Below the pieces are notes generated by a model. That model made no database searches, was not told the DNA's origin, and was given only the letters and a program-made list of their open reading frames with translations. The translations under genes were made by a program, and so were the position numbers. A stretch of DNA of 63,617 nt, the filler included, from Thraustochytrium aureum (taxonomy: Eukaryota): NCBI GenBank assembly GCA_012862495.1. It is 7 parts of 6 records of this genome, joined end to end, with 100 filler letters (N's around TTAATTAATTAA, not from the genome) between each part and the next. Parts side by side here need not be neighbours in the genome. Positions count along the whole stretch, not along the records: positions 45,363 to 48,786 come from BLSG01000253.1; positions 48,887 to 60,099 come from BLSG01000253.1; 5 more parts are not named here. One strand, written 5' to 3'. Shown here one piece after another: positions 46,162 to 58,691 of the stretch; the first letter of the stretch is position 1; every line of letters starts with the position of its first letter.

Positions 46162-46635
46162 ATGAGCCTCGTGGCGTCCCTGCCGAGCGACTTTGGGTGG
46201 GTCCCGCTCGCCGTAGTCGGGTCGTACATCGGCGTGATGTCCCTGGGCGGTGCCGTGATGGCGGGGCGCAAGCAGTTTGGCGTGCCGTACCCGAACATGT
46301 ACGCCACTGTGATTGATGTCAAGGGCGAGAAGTACACGAACGCCAAGTCGGTGGAGGGCGCCGAGAAGTTCAACTGCGCGCAGCGAGGACACCAAAACAC
46401 CCTCGAGAACCACTACGCGGTCTTGGTGATGACCGTGCTCGGCGGTCTGCAGATGCCGCGCGTCGCGAGCGCTTCGCTGCTGCTGTGGACGTTTGGAGCG
46501 ACCATGTACGCGAAGCAGTACTGCGCCAGCGGCGCGGAGGCCCGCAACAACGGGCTTGCGCTCGCAAAGTACATCGGCCTGCTCGGCCTGCTCGGCTGCA
46601 ACATCGCGTTCTCGTACGAGCTCCTCAGCAAGTGA
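46162..46635 (+). CDS. MGST3: MAPEG family microsomal glutathione S-transferase 3-like
   Basis: VMAGRKQFGVPYPNMYA...FNCAQRGHQNTLEN; ATG 46162. Confidence 0.92.
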   Translation: MSLVASLPSDFGWVPLAVVGSYIGVMSLGGAVMAGRKQFGVPYPNMYATVIDVKGEKYTNAKSVEGAEKFNCAQRGHQNTLENHYAVLVMTVLGGLQMPRVASASLLLWTFGATMYAKQYCASGAEARNNGLALAKYIGLLGLLGCNIAFSYELLSK

Positions 46636-46738
46636 GTGCCAATAAGGCCGCCGTTTCTAAGACATTTATTATACAATTTCCCCGCTTGGGAGCAATGTGT
46701 CGGCCCGGTCTAGAGGTCGACCTGGCATTGCGGGCGAA

Positions 46739-47489
46739 TCAAGGCGCGTCGGCGCCCTCCAGCACGCCGTGCCTCCGGCCCGTTGTGCGCCGTCCGGGCT
46801 CTGCCGGCCGGAGGAGCTTGCGCAACCGGCGCGCCTCGTCCCCCCTGCTACCTTTCAGTGGCCGCGGCGCGCACTCGTGGGCCGTGTCGCCCCAAAAGTC
46901 TACCTTGCGCCGACTCGCGCCGCGGTCCAGCAGCAGCTGCGCCGCGTCCGTCCGCGACTCGATCGCCGCCAGGTGAAGTGCGGTCCAGCCGTTTGTGTTT
47001 TCGGTCCGGCCCACCAGCGCACCCTGCTCCAGGAGGAACTCCATCGTGTCAAGGTGCCCTTTGGAGGCGGCCCACATCAAAGGTGTCCATCCGTGCTTGT
47101 CCGGCCCGTTCACGCTCAGTCGCGTGCCTTCCTCGTCCTCGCGCCCCTTCAGCAGTTCCTTCGCCTTGCGCACCGTGCCGTGAAACGCATGCCGGAGAAG
47201 CAGCTTGTTGGAGACCTCATCCAGTTGGGTCAAACCGTCGTCCTCAGGCTCCGCTTCGGTCCCAGCCTCGCTCTCCTCGTCGCTGCGGCCTTGCTCGCTC
47301 TGGGCTCGGGCGCGAGCGTCCTCCTCGTCGACCTCGTGCACTGCGTCAACCAGCGTCTTGGCAGCCCGTGAGTGCCCTGCTTCCCGCTCCTCTGCATCGA
47401 CTTGGGCGACGCTGCGCATGAGCTCTGATCGCACTGTGCCAGCACCCCCAGCCCGCCTCGGTCGCGCCCCGTCCGACGCAAAGTCATCG
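46739..47489 (-). CDS. Ankyrin-repeat protein, C-terminal part; possible N-terminus at 48570-48271 across the gap
   Basis: DKHGWTPLMWAASKGH, NTNGWTALHLAA, DFWGDTAHE. Confidence 0.85.
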
Positions 47490-48786
47490 NNNNNNNNNNN
47501 NNNNNNNNNNNNNNNNNNNNNNNNNNNNNNNNNNNNNNNNNNNNNNNNNNNNNNNNNNNNNNNNNNNNNNNNNNNNNNNNNNNNNNNNNNNNNNNNNNNN
47601 NNNNNNNNNNNNNNNNNNNNNNNNNNNNNNNNNNNNNNNNNNNNNNNNNNNNNNNNNNNNNNNNNNNNNNNNNNNNNNNNNNNNNNNNNNNNNNNNNNNN
47701 NNNNNNNNNNNNNNNNNNNNNNNNNNNNNNNNNNNNNNNNNNNNNNNNNNNNNNNNNNNNNNNNNNNNNNNNNNNNNNNNNNNNNNNNNNNNNNNNNNNN
47801 NNNNNNNNNNNNNNNNNNNNNNNNNNNNNNNNNNNNNNNNNNNNNNNNNNNNNNNNNNNNNNNNNNNNNNNNNNNNNNNNNNNNNNNNNNNNNNNNNNNN
47901 NNNNNNNNNNNNNNNNNNNNNNNNNNNNNNNNNNNNNNNNNNNNNNNNNNNNNNNNNNNNNNNNNNNNNNNNNNNNNNNNNNNNNNNNNNNNNNNNNNNN
48001 NNNNNNNNNNNNNNNNNNNNNNNNNNNNNNNNNNNNNNNNNNNNNNNNNNNNNNNNNNNNNNNNNNNNNNNNNNNNNNNNNNNNNNNNNNNNNNNNNNNN
48101 NNNNNNNNNNNNNNNNNNNNNNNNNNNNNNNNNNNNNNNNNNNNNNNNNNNNNNNNNNNNNNNNNNNNNNNNNNNNNNNNNNNNNNNNNNNNNNNNNNNN
48201 NNNNNNNNNNNNNNNNNNNNNNNNNNNNNNNNNNNNNNNNNNNNNNNNNNNNNNNNNNNNNNNNNNNNNNGAAACTTGCGCGGCATGCAGCGCTTCGCAG
48301 AATTGCGTGCAGCACGATGCGCTTCTTGTCCGCGCCTGGCGAAACGATAAAGCGCTCTGCCTCGAACGCCAGCGCTGGCAGGAGCCGCACGATCGAGGCG
48401 ATAACTTGCGTAGCAGTCGCAATTCGATCTGCCCCGGTGGATCCGCCGGGCCCAAGCAGCTCGCGGACCACAGTACTGACCGTCTCGCGCAGCTTGTCCA
48501 GTACGTTCTGCACCGAGTGCATCTCGCTCGCGGACCAGGCAGTGTGCGTGTTGATGATATTCTGCGTCATTTCGCCACTTGAACCTGTTGTGCGTCCTCT
48601 TGCTTTCGTGGGCAGTGCAGGCTGACGAGTCGGCGGTCGCCCCTCCCCCCTCCGGCTGCAAATCAATCTGCGCAAGCAGTACTTTCCCTCGACGCGCGGT
48701 GGTCTACGAAAAAAAATTTGGCGCAAATGACCATCCTTCCTTTCTTGCTCTTGATCTCAAGAGAAAGAAAAGATCAAACGAGAGTA

Positions 48787-48886
48787 NNNNNNNNNNNNNN
48801 NNNNNNNNNNNNNNNNNNNNNNNNNNNNNNTTAATTAATTAANNNNNNNNNNNNNNNNNNNNNNNNNNNNNNNNNNNNNNNNNNNN
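48787..48886. other. Artificial contig linker
   Basis: TTAATTAATTAA at 48831-48842. Confidence 0.97.
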
Positions 48887-49257
48887 CACGCGACGGCCCA
48901 GACCTGAAAAGCTCGATCAGCGCGGTGACGACGGATTTTGCAAGAATGGCGGCGGAACGGGGGCTGCAGCGCCTCTTCGCGCCGCGCCGCGAGGGCCTTC
49001 GGACCTCCTGAAGGACGGAGGCCTGCCCGGAGCTGCGCCACAGCGGTGCGCGCGGCGAGGAGGCGGCAGGTGGGCTCGCTTGGCGGCGAGGCTGGCCGCC
49101 GCGTGTTCAGTCTTGATCAAGTGGGCTCAGACCGTCAGTCCTTTCCCATCCAATCCAAACCAGACCAGACCAGCTCAGCTCACGGACGGCCCTCGTGGGT
49201 GCGCGCGACGACTGCCAGGGACGCCCGTTGGCGTGAACGGTGGAGAACATTGGCGGG

Positions 49258-50204
49258 ATGGCGGCGCCCGGCGGCGACGGGCTGCTGTGGAGTGCGCTGC
49301 AAGTTGGCCTGGCAGCGGCTGCCCTCGTCGCTGCGGCCGCAGTCATACTGGTTGTGACAGCTTGCCTGGAATCGAAGCGCGAGCTGCAGGTTCTCGCTGC
49401 GCGCGGCCGCGAGCTGCAGTCCAGAATGCCCGGCGGAAGCCGAAAGCCCAGGCGCGACTGCTTGTGCTGGCTTGGGACCTCGAACCAGAGCGCGGCAAAG
49501 GTTCCCGCGTGCGGCGGCTGCTCGGCGTTGGCAAAGCACTCCTTCACAGGCACGACGGCCGTGTAGCGCACACGTGGTACATCGACGACCCCGAGGTGGA
49601 CGTCCCCTCGTGGACGCTCACGTCGACGCCGATGTGCGCCCCAATCGACAGCGTCCTGATCGTCGACGATGAGTTTGAGGACCCTCGCGTGCTTCAACGG
49701 GCCCTGGAGGACGTGGCGTTTCGCGCGGCGATCTATCGGGTCGAGTACAGTGTGTACACCAACTATGGCGAGTACGGCGGGCCTGCCACGCGCGGCTGGG
49801 ACCCGGCGTCTTCATGCCAGCGCTGGAAGGACGGCACCCGAACGCCGCTCAAGGTCAACTTGACCGGCTTTCCGAGGCGGGCGGATCTCTCACAAGCAGA
49901 CTTCCTCCGCAACTGGCATCACGTGCAGTCGCCCATGTCCGAGGTCATTCAGCCGCGCGCCAAGTACACGCGGTCAGTCGTGCTCGAAGCTCTCACGGAG
50001 GACGCGCCGAGTTTCGCCGGCTTTGCGATGGAGGCCTGGCCAACCGCCTTGCACGTACGCGATCCATTTTTGTTTTTTGATGCGCGCTCGCCGTGGCGTC
50101 TTGCGCTCAATATCTGCGTCATGGTCCGCAGCGTGGTCGGCTTCACCGCCTTGCTCCGGGCGCAAGGCGCCACCTACGGCGAGTACATATTTGAGTCCTC
50201 GTAG
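49258..50204 (+). CDS. EthD-like (dimeric alpha/beta barrel) protein with N-terminal TM anchor; frameshift near 49450
   Basis: MAAPGGDGLLWSALQVGLAAAALVAAAAVILVV; C-terminal RRADLSQADFLRNWHHVQSP...YTRSVVLEALTEDAPSFAGFAMEAWP. Confidence 0.6.
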
Positions 50205-50219
50205 TTGGAGCACTTGCCC

Positions 50220-50329
50220 GGAAACGTCAAGGCCAACAGAACCAAGCATACGAGCACTGTTGACGCCGCCAGATCGGAAACGTCAAGGCAACAGAACCAA
50301 GCATACGAGCACTGTTCACACCGTCAGAT
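50220..50329. repeat. Tandem duplication, about 56-nt unit x2
   Basis: GGAAACGTCAAGG(C)CAACAGAACCAAGCATACGAGCACTGTT at 50220 and 50276. Confidence 0.88.
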
Positions 50330-50502
50330 GGATATCCCTTCTGCTTTGTATGTAACTCAACATGTCTGGGCGATCAGCGCGAGCCCAAAAGCTCGCCCGG
50401 CCCACATCCGACTCCCCCACGAGGTCGCCTGCCAGCAAATAAACACTGGGCAACGGAGCCAACGCCGTTGCCTCCGAGCCGTTTGCAGTGGGCGTCGCTC
50501 TG

Positions 50503-51948
50503 TCACTCCATCCGTTGGACGTGCACCGCCTCAACAGCGTACTCGCCCTCCTCGAGAGCACAGCTTGCGACACACGTGTAGACGCAAATCGTCCCAAAGT
50601 CAGCTTCCAGTTCGTTGAGGTAGTACAGGGCCTGTGGCAAAACCTGCATCTCAAACCGGCGCTCAGCGCTGCATCGCGGGCAAGGAGAGACGGACCCGGC
50701 GCGGCCTTGCTCGGCCAGCCATAGCGGACCGAGTGCCGCGGCGCCACCCTCCTCCTCGTCTTCTGCATCCTCGTCGTAATTGGAGCCGGCATCAAGCCCT
50801 GGCTGACCCGCCCATCGGCAGTACCTAATGCANNNNNNNNNNNNNNNNNNNNNNNNNNNNNNNNNNNNNNNNNNNNNNNNNNNNNNNNNNNNNNNNNNNN
50901 NNNNNNNNNNNNNNNNNNNNNNNNNNNNNNNNNNNNNNNNNNNNNNNNNNNNNNNNNNNNNNNNNNNNNNNNNNNNNNNNNNNNNNNNNNNNNNNNNNNN
51001 NNNNNNNNNNNNNNNNNNNNNNNNNNNNNNNNNNNNNNNNNNNNNNNNNNNNNNNNNNNNNNNNNNNNNNNNNNNNNNNNNNNNNNNNNNNNNNNNNNNN
51101 NNNNNNNNNNNNNNNNNNNTGCGCCTCTGCCGTCCCTGCTTGTAATCCGGCTGCGCCGCTTTCGAGGGGCTCGTCGCCTTCGTCGCTGTCGTCTAGCGGT
51201 TTTGAGAGCTCGCGCTGCAAGAGCTTGCAAAGCTTCTTGTGACGCGGCCAGTGCGCCTTTTGGTGCTCTTTGCCGCAATAAGAAACGACCCTACAGGCCA
51301 CACAACGGGCTTCGCTCGGAATAAAGCAGACCGCGCACTTGCCGGTTCCCGCCTTCGGTTCGCTCTCGGACACGATTCTCCGCCTCGGGAACGCGGGGCC
51401 CAGCTCGAAAGCTGGAAAGGCGCTCTTGCGATCGAAAAGCGGGTCCACCTCGTCGTCAGCACTAACGCACGTTGCTGCATACAGCGAGTTGTGTCGCGGG
51501 AGCTGCGACCGAAGCACTACAGCCTGGGAGGCGCATTTGGGGTTGCGGCAAAGAAACACGAACAGCGTCCTGTGAAAGGCGCGGGCGCACGCTTCCTCGT
51601 CCAGCGGGGCGTACACCTGCAGCAAAAACGCATCGGTCGCTCGCACTCCTTGCACCTGATCAGCTCCTTGACCGCCTCAACATCCTTGAAGGGCACGAGC
51701 CAAGCCGGGCTCGGTCCGCCAGCGAGCCCCTCGTCCCAGCGCATCCAATTCCCATCCTCATGCATCGCAAGCTCTTCCTGCCCCTGCTCCTCATCGTCAA
51801 ACTCCTCGAAGAATCCGAGCTCCATCGACTTCATCGTCACCTTCGCCAAGTAGTTCTCGTCACCAAGCACCGTGCCGCCTTCCAGGGCCACGTTCTGCGG
51901 GGCAACGGCCTCCGCAGGCGGCTCCTGCCCGTCCTGGAGCGCCTCCAT
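50503..51948 (-). CDS. PDCD2: PDCD2/Tsr4-like protein (zf-MYND plus PDCD2_C); frameshifts and gap
   Basis: GGPSPAWL...CKEC...LLQVYAPL...FHRTLFVFLC...RSQLPR; MYND CAVC...CVAC...YCGKEHQKAHWPRHKKLC; manually read C-terminus FEMQVLPQALYYL...DFGTICVYTCVASC...VQRME* (TGA 50505-50503). Confidence 0.88.
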
Positions 51949-52831
51949 GGCGATACTATCGTGCGGGCCTCCTCAGCTCCCCAACACAAGCGCGCTCCGG
52001 TCGGGGCTCTCCTCCTCGCGCACTGCGTCCGCTGCACTTGGAGCTCTGCGCACTCGCGCACTCGCGACTCGCGACCACCATTCCCCCGGGCGCACCCTAA
52101 CCTAATCTAACCTCCGGAACCCAACCCAACCCCGCTACCTCCTTGCCTTTTTCTTGCTAACTCGCCATCCACCCCTCTACTGCCCCCATTCGGCGCTTTT
52201 CCAGGATTCAGCTGTGGTCTCGAAGGCAATTTGAGCGACCTTTACAATAATATCGGCGAAAGTTTGAAAGGTTCTCATCTAGGAGTAATATGCGGTGTTT
52301 CCGTTTTTCCCCGAGAGGCAGTGTAACGGTAACGTGGAAAGAATTGGGCCCGGAAAGAAGAGGAGAACAGGGCGGAGCAGCAGAGGCCCAACGGAGGAAG
52401 GCGCTCGCTCGCGCACGACGGAAGGCGCCAAGGGAGCAGTAGCCGCAGGTCTGTCTCCAGCAGCCAGCAGGCGGGACGCTGCGGCAGCTGCTGCTGCCTG
52501 CCGCTGTTTGGCCGCATTCGCGCTTTTTTTGCGGGTGTTCCACGCTCGCCGCGCTGTTTGTCGCCTCGCCTCGACGACAACCAACAACAGCATAGCGCCG
52601 CCGTCAGCTGGCCGGATAGGTTTGGTTGCAGACGAGGACTGGAGAGCTAGCTGGTGGCTACGGCAGAGTCACGGGATACCGGGCGAGGAGTCGCAGGCTT
52701 GACGCGAAAGGCTGCACCGGAACGGCGAGCTCGCGAAACGCGAACCCCGGTGGCACAGAATCGGCTTCGGCTGCGCGTCAACCAAGCCAGCCACTGCGAC
52801 GACGGTAGTGGCGCCCTAGCTCGAGGACGAG

Positions 52832-55800
52832 ATGGATGAGGCGGGGGTCGAGCGCAAGGCAAGGCGCCGGTCGAGGAGCCGCGGCCCGCCAGAACGGTCG
52901 TCAAGCTCTAAGAAACGGGACGGGTCGAGGTCACGGCGATCCAGCAACGGCGAGGGCGAGAAGGAGAGAAAACCAGAGCGGCGCAGCTCGCTGAAACGGT
53001 CGCCGTCCTCGTCGTCCCGAAAGCGGCGGTCAGAGAGTGAGCTTGACGCACGAAGCAGCGAGAAGGGTGCCCTTCGGCGCAGCGAGTCAGAACGCCGGTC
53101 AAGGCGGGACAGCACCGCCTCGAGCAGCAGCGGAAAGAGCAAGCGTAGCTCGAGCAAGCGCCGGCAGTCTTTAGGCCGCGAATCCTCCTCGGACAAGGTC
53201 AAGTCCAAGCCAGCATCAAAGCGCGACCTCGCCGGGCTTGGGGCGGCGGAGGATGGCAAGAGCAGCAAGTCAGCGTCGGAGGCCGGATCAAGCACCGGCA
53301 GAGCAAGGAACTCGAGCAGAACATCGAGCAGCGCAAAACGAGAGGGGAAAACCAAAAGGAGCAAAGCCAGGGCAGACACGGCGGAGCAAACCAGTCTGGA
53401 CTCGGACTCTGACAATTCGGGCGCGCGCAATGGCTCCGAAAAGCGCGAGAAAGCTGGAACGCGCACAGTGATCGAGGCGCTGAACGGGTTTAGCCTGTCG
53501 GCAAGTGTGGCAGAGCTCAGTAAAAGCGCGCTCATGGGAGCCCTGCGCTCCTCAGTGTTAGGAGGGCTCACAGAGAAGCTCACGGGAGTCGGCCTGAGAC
53601 CACCCGCTGGGACCGACGAGCGAGGGTCAAGGGCGCCCGATGGCATCCCTGTGAACGACTCTGACGAGTCGGACGACGGCGACGCAGACGAGAACGAGCC
53701 GGTCCTGCGTGTTCAGGTTTGCGGAGCCGACCACCTCGAGGGCGATGGCTGGGTAGCTCACCCCGTTGTTCGAGTCAGCCTGGTCGACGCGGCAACGGGC
53801 CGGTACCTTCGCAAGCGGCGGCCAAAGACCTTTGCAGTCGGACAACGCGAAGGGTCCTCTAAAGCCCGGTCGGCGCCAACGGGTACGAGGGACGGCAAAG
53901 CGCGGGCCTTCCGCTGCACACGCGAGTCCGTTGTCTGCGCGAGCATCCCTCCCCAGGTCACAGAACCGTGCGACCTGGCTGCTGGCAAAGGTTCCAGAAT
54001 GAAGGCATCATGGGCCGACCAAGCCCCGCTTATTTTCAATGTGCCGCTCAAGACCGTTCTCACGCCATCGGCCGTCCTATTCTTTGAGATTCTCGACTTT
54101 GGGCCCAGCCTGGAAAAGGAGATTCTAGCCGCCTACGATGGCTTTCTGCCTGTCGCGTGGGGCTTTCTCAAGCTCACCAACGCAGCCGGCGCCCCAAACG
54201 TGGTCGGCCAGGTCCAGGACCCGAGCCAAGTCAGGCCGGTTCGGCTGCAGCTCTTTCGCTTCCCTCGCAATTCTTGGGCCTTTCGCGCGCTCGCAGAAGC
54301 GATTGAGCGCGAGGTTGGCCCCGGTGCGGGGCCTCGCGTGTTTCACGCGTTCCGCTTGAAAGCCCGCGAGCGCTATCCGTCGAGCATTGACGTGGCAGTT
54401 AGCGCTTGCGCGCGACCGCAATCTGAGCCAGTGCTCCGGCGCCCGCGCAATGCACTTGAACAGGAGCGCGCAGACGTCAACTTGGACGAGCTCCTCAGCG
54501 GCGGGGGTCTCGCTCAGTTGGTTTGCGACGCCGGAGCGCAAGACCCCAGCGGGGCTGCTGTCCTTGGGGCGAGGCGGCATCGCATGCGGCATGAGCCCTG
54601 TCTTATCCCCACTCGGCTGGTCAGCCGCCTGCATGCTGGTTCGTGCGGGAGCTTTGACGCACAGTTCTCGCCGGACGGCCAGTACCTCGCTGCCGCGTGC
54701 TGCGACGGGGCCAGCTACCCCATCAAAGTCTTCGACGCCTCCACCCTTGCGCTGCGATACACGCTGCAGGGCCACCAAGCCATCGTGTACCAGCTCTCCT
54801 GGCAGCGTGTCGACGCAGAGGCGCCAGAACCCAACCTGCGGCTCGCCTCCGCTTCAGCAGACGGCACGGCTCGAATCTGGCTCGTGCCAAACCACGAAAT
54901 GCTCGCCAGCAATGCGCCAATGTCTCCCACACTAGAGGTAGGGGGCGCGCGGAAATCCGCAACGACGTCAAAGGATGACCAAGCGGATTCCGATGACGAG
55001 CTTTTGGGCGAGAAGGGCCCTAAGAGAGAAGGGCCCATGACGAAACCAAAGTACGCAAGGGGCGGGGATGGGCTGCGGTCCGAGGCTGGCTCCTCCTCGA
55101 GCTCTGGCGCTCGATGCGAGATGGTCCTCCAGCACTCCCCGCCAACCTACATATACACTGCCCAGTTCCACCCCCAAGCAACCGAACCGCCCATCCTCGC
55201 AACGGGCTCCTACGACGGTTTCGTGCGTCTCTGGGATTGCAGCACTGGGCGACTGCTGGGCAAGACCGGCAAGCTCGACTTTGGCCGCGCGCACCACAAG
55301 AGCAACGTCAACTCGCTCTGCTTCACACAAGACGGCAACCGTCTCGTGAGCGGCGACGCGGACGGCGTCGTTGTCGTGTGGCGCTTGGAAACAGGCCGCC
55401 AGCCTTCAAACCCGGACTCGTGGCACGTTGCTCGGAAAATTGACGATCCCGATTTGCGCGGCCGCGCAATCACTGCAGTTCACGTGCATCCAGTTGAGCG
55501 CATCCTGCTTGTAGCAGCGCAGCAGAACGTGATTCGATTGTTCGAACTGCGCAGGTACACTCGCGTTCACGAGGGCTTTTTCGGCGCTCCGGTGTCGCGC
55601 AGCCTCATCCGGGCATGCTTTTCCCCGGACGGCAGGTTTGTGATATCTGGAAGCGAGTCGGGCAAGCCGTGCGTTTGGGACACCAACACCGCCGTGCCCA
55701 CTGGGGGGCGCTGGAGTGTTGGATTCCCCAAACCGATTTGCTCGATTGCTTGGCACCCTGCGCAGCACCTCGTGGCATTTTGTTCGTTCAACGCTGGGTC

Positions 55801-56262
55801 GCCGATCCTGCTCTACGAGGCCCTTCGTGATACACGGGACGTGAACGCGCGGCCTGTCAAGACGGTTGCAGAAGTCGATGCCAAGCCCGACGAGGCCGAA
55901 AAGGCGGACAACGTCGAGCGGCAAGCCGGCGAGGAAGCGCTGAAGCGCGCTGGCGTGGCTGCGTTCGTGTCAGCGGCAAGCGCGACGAAGGCCACCCCCC
56001 AGGGAGCCAGCGCGTTCGCCGTCTTTCGGCCCGCCTGGATGCGCTCGACTCGAGCGACGAGGAGCAGCCTGCTGGGATGGGTCGCTTACGTAGCAACGAG
56101 AATGGCGGGGCACTTGGCGCGAACAGCCCGCAGGCCTCGGCACCTCGAATGCAAGTCAAAGGCATCGACTCGCTCCGCGAGCGCCTCGCTCGGCGGCGAT
56201 CTGTGGACGCAGTTAGCGGGGGGCACGAGTCCGCCAGCCCTAGTAGTGCTGATTCGGACTAG
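52832..56262 (+). CDS. AHI1: Jouberin (AHI1)-like ciliary transition-zone protein: C2-like domain plus WD40; probable late frameshift
   Basis: LRVQVCGADHL...HPVVRVSLVDAATGRYLRK, LFFEILDF, VAWGFLKL, VRLQLF, YPSSI; WD40 repeats (GHQAIVYQLSW, ASADGTARIW, YIYTAQFHP, GSYDGFVRLW). The C-terminus probably lies in the 56077-56262 frame. Confidence 0.85.
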
Positions 56263-56577
56263 AGTTAGAGAGGGCGCCCGGACCAAAGCGGACTGGATTG
56301 TGTTTTTTTGTAGGCGTTGGTCAAGANNNNNNNNNNNNNNNNNNNNNNNNNNNNNNNNNNNNNNNNNNNNNNNNNNNNNNNNNNNNNNNNNNNNNNNNNN
56401 NNNNNNNNNNNNNNNNNNNNNNNNNNNNNNNNNNNNNNNNNNNNNNNNNNNNNNNNNNNNNNNNNNNNNNNNNNNNNNNNNNNNNNNNNNNNNNNNNNNN
56501 NNNNNNNNNNNNNNNNNNNNNNNNNNNNNNNNNNNNNNNNNNNNNNNNNNNNNNNNNNNNNNNNNCGCGCAGCAAGA

Positions 56578-57960
56578 CTACTGCATGATGCTTGCAAAGG
56601 GGTCAAAGGCCCCACTGTTCGCTTGCTGTGCTTGCGGCTGCCGCTGCTGCTGCGGGGGGAACTGGCCCGGCATCATTTGCTGCTGCGGCTGCTGCTGCTG
56701 CTGCATGCCCATCGGCTGCAGAAAGCCGTTTCCCTGAGTCTGCGTTGCAAACGCGTGCTGCGCGGATTGGCCGTGCATGAACTGTTGCATCTGCTGCGGT
56801 TGCTGGTGGGCGTTTTGTTGTTGTTGTTGTTGTTGCGTGGGAAACCCGGTTTGCTGCTGGTGATACATCAGCGGCTGCTGCGCGTGGCTGGCCGCCTGCG
56901 GAAATGCTTGTTGCCCGCTAAACGCCTGCTGGCCGCCAGACAACCAAATTGCTGCTGATGCATCTGTTGGGCGAACTGCTGCGGCTGCTGCGGCTGCTGC
57001 TGCTGCTGCTGCGGAACACGTTGAGCGAACTGCTGCTGCTGCTGCTGCTGCTGGGGCGGCGGGAACTGCCCGGGATGCTGCTGCAACATCGGCTGGCCCT
57101 GCACGCCGTAAGGCATTCCCCTGCCATAAGTCGTTCCGGCGGCACTCCCTTGCTGGTAGAGTGACGAGAGGTCGATGCCAGCTTTCGGCTGCTGGGGCGG
57201 CGGAGCTGCGCCCCCAACCTGCATTGCGCCCAAACCGTCCGCAACCTGCTGCACGGCTTGCGGCGTGAATGCAGCGCCGTTGCCCGCTTGGGCAGCAGCA
57301 GAGTCTGAGCTTACAAAGTCGCCGAATAGATCGACCTCATCGCTTGACGCCGGCGCCGGAGCAGGCGCTGCCGCAACCGCCGGGCGCGCGGAGAGCGTTG
57401 GCTTGGCACCCGCAGACACTTTGGCCGCGCGGCGCGCCTCTTTGCGCTTCGCCTTCTCACGGCGACGGCGCTCCTCCTCGTCCTCACTAGAAGACGATGA
57501 AGATGAGCTGGAGCTCGAGTCGCTGTCGCTCGACGAGTCCTCCGCGGCGGCCTTCGACTTGCTCTTGCCTTTCGACTTGGGCGCCGAGGCGCTCGGAATC
57601 CAAAGCTTCTTCTCGTACTTGTCCGTGATGAACTTTTTCATCTTGTACGAGAGCGACTCGGCTTCTGCGGCAGTGGGGCGCCCCGAGAAGCTCTTGGGGA
57701 GGCGGGCCTCCCAGTACTCGTTGGCCTTGGTATTGCCAATTTTCTTCATCACCTCGTACCACTCCTTTTGCCACGTGTCCAGCTCGGTGGACCGCACTTT
57801 GGAGATGTGCACGCCTAGGTTGCGATGGATGCCCGAGCACTGCAGGCACACAAACACGCCGAGGTTGATCGACGCCCACGTTGGTCCCTTGATCGGGCAG
57901 TCCGCGCAATACTTGTTCTCTGGCAGTTTCAGCAGCGCCCGCAGGGCCTTCTTCACCTTG
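56578..57960 (-). CDS. ArfGAP (SMAP/AGD5-like) with poly-Gln tail; frameshift near 56945, 5' end in gap
   Basis: LLKLPENKYCADCPIKGPTWASINLGVFVCLQCSGIHRNLGVHISKVRS; FITDKYE; DLF and DPF endocytic motifs. Confidence 0.93.
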
Positions 57961-58691
57961 NNNNNNNNNNNNNNNNNNNNNNNNNNNNNNNNNNNNNNNN
58001 NNNNNNNNNNNNNNNNNNNNNNNNNNNNNNNNNNNNNNNNNNNNNNNNNNNNNNNNNNNNNNNNNNNNNNNNNNNNNNNNNNNNNNNNNNNNNNNNNNNN
58101 NNNNNNNNNNNNNNNNNNNNNNNNNNNNNNNNNNNNNNNNNNNNNNNNNNNNNNNNNNNNNNNNNNNNNNNNNNNNNNNNNNNNNNNNNNNNNNNNNNNN
58201 NNNNNNNNNNNNNNNNNNNNNNNNNNNNNNNNNNNNNNNNNNNNNNNNNNNNNNNNNNNNNNNNNNNNNNNNNNNNNNNNNNNNNNNNNNNNNNNNNNNN
58301 NNNNNNNNNNNNNNNNNNNNNNNNNNNNNNNNNNNNNNNNNNNNNNNNNNNNNNNNNNNNNNNNNNNNNNNNNNNNNNNNNNNNNNNNNNNNNNNNNNNN
58401 NNNNNNNNNNNNNNNNNNNNNNNNNNNNNNNNNNNNNNNNNNNNNNNNNNNNNNNNNNNNNNNNNNNNNNNNNNNNAAGCGAAGCGGCTTGGCGGTGGCG
58501 GCGAAGCGAAAATGAACCGCCTTGCACAATTGGTCAAGGCAAGGAAGGGGGCTGGAAATCGAAAAAAAAACGGTGCTGTCATGAGTTCGTTTGGCTCGAG
58601 ACGCCTTGACACGCCGCAAGCCGACCCCAACGCGAGGGGGCCTGGCCGAGTCCACTTGCGGAACGCCCAAGAGACAGACCCGCAGGCGTCG

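Noticed and set aside
46162..46635. MAPEG gene as part of a leukotriene-like pathway with the LOX gene
   Set aside because: Separated from the LOX gene by two artificial linkers, and MGST3-like genes are ubiquitous.
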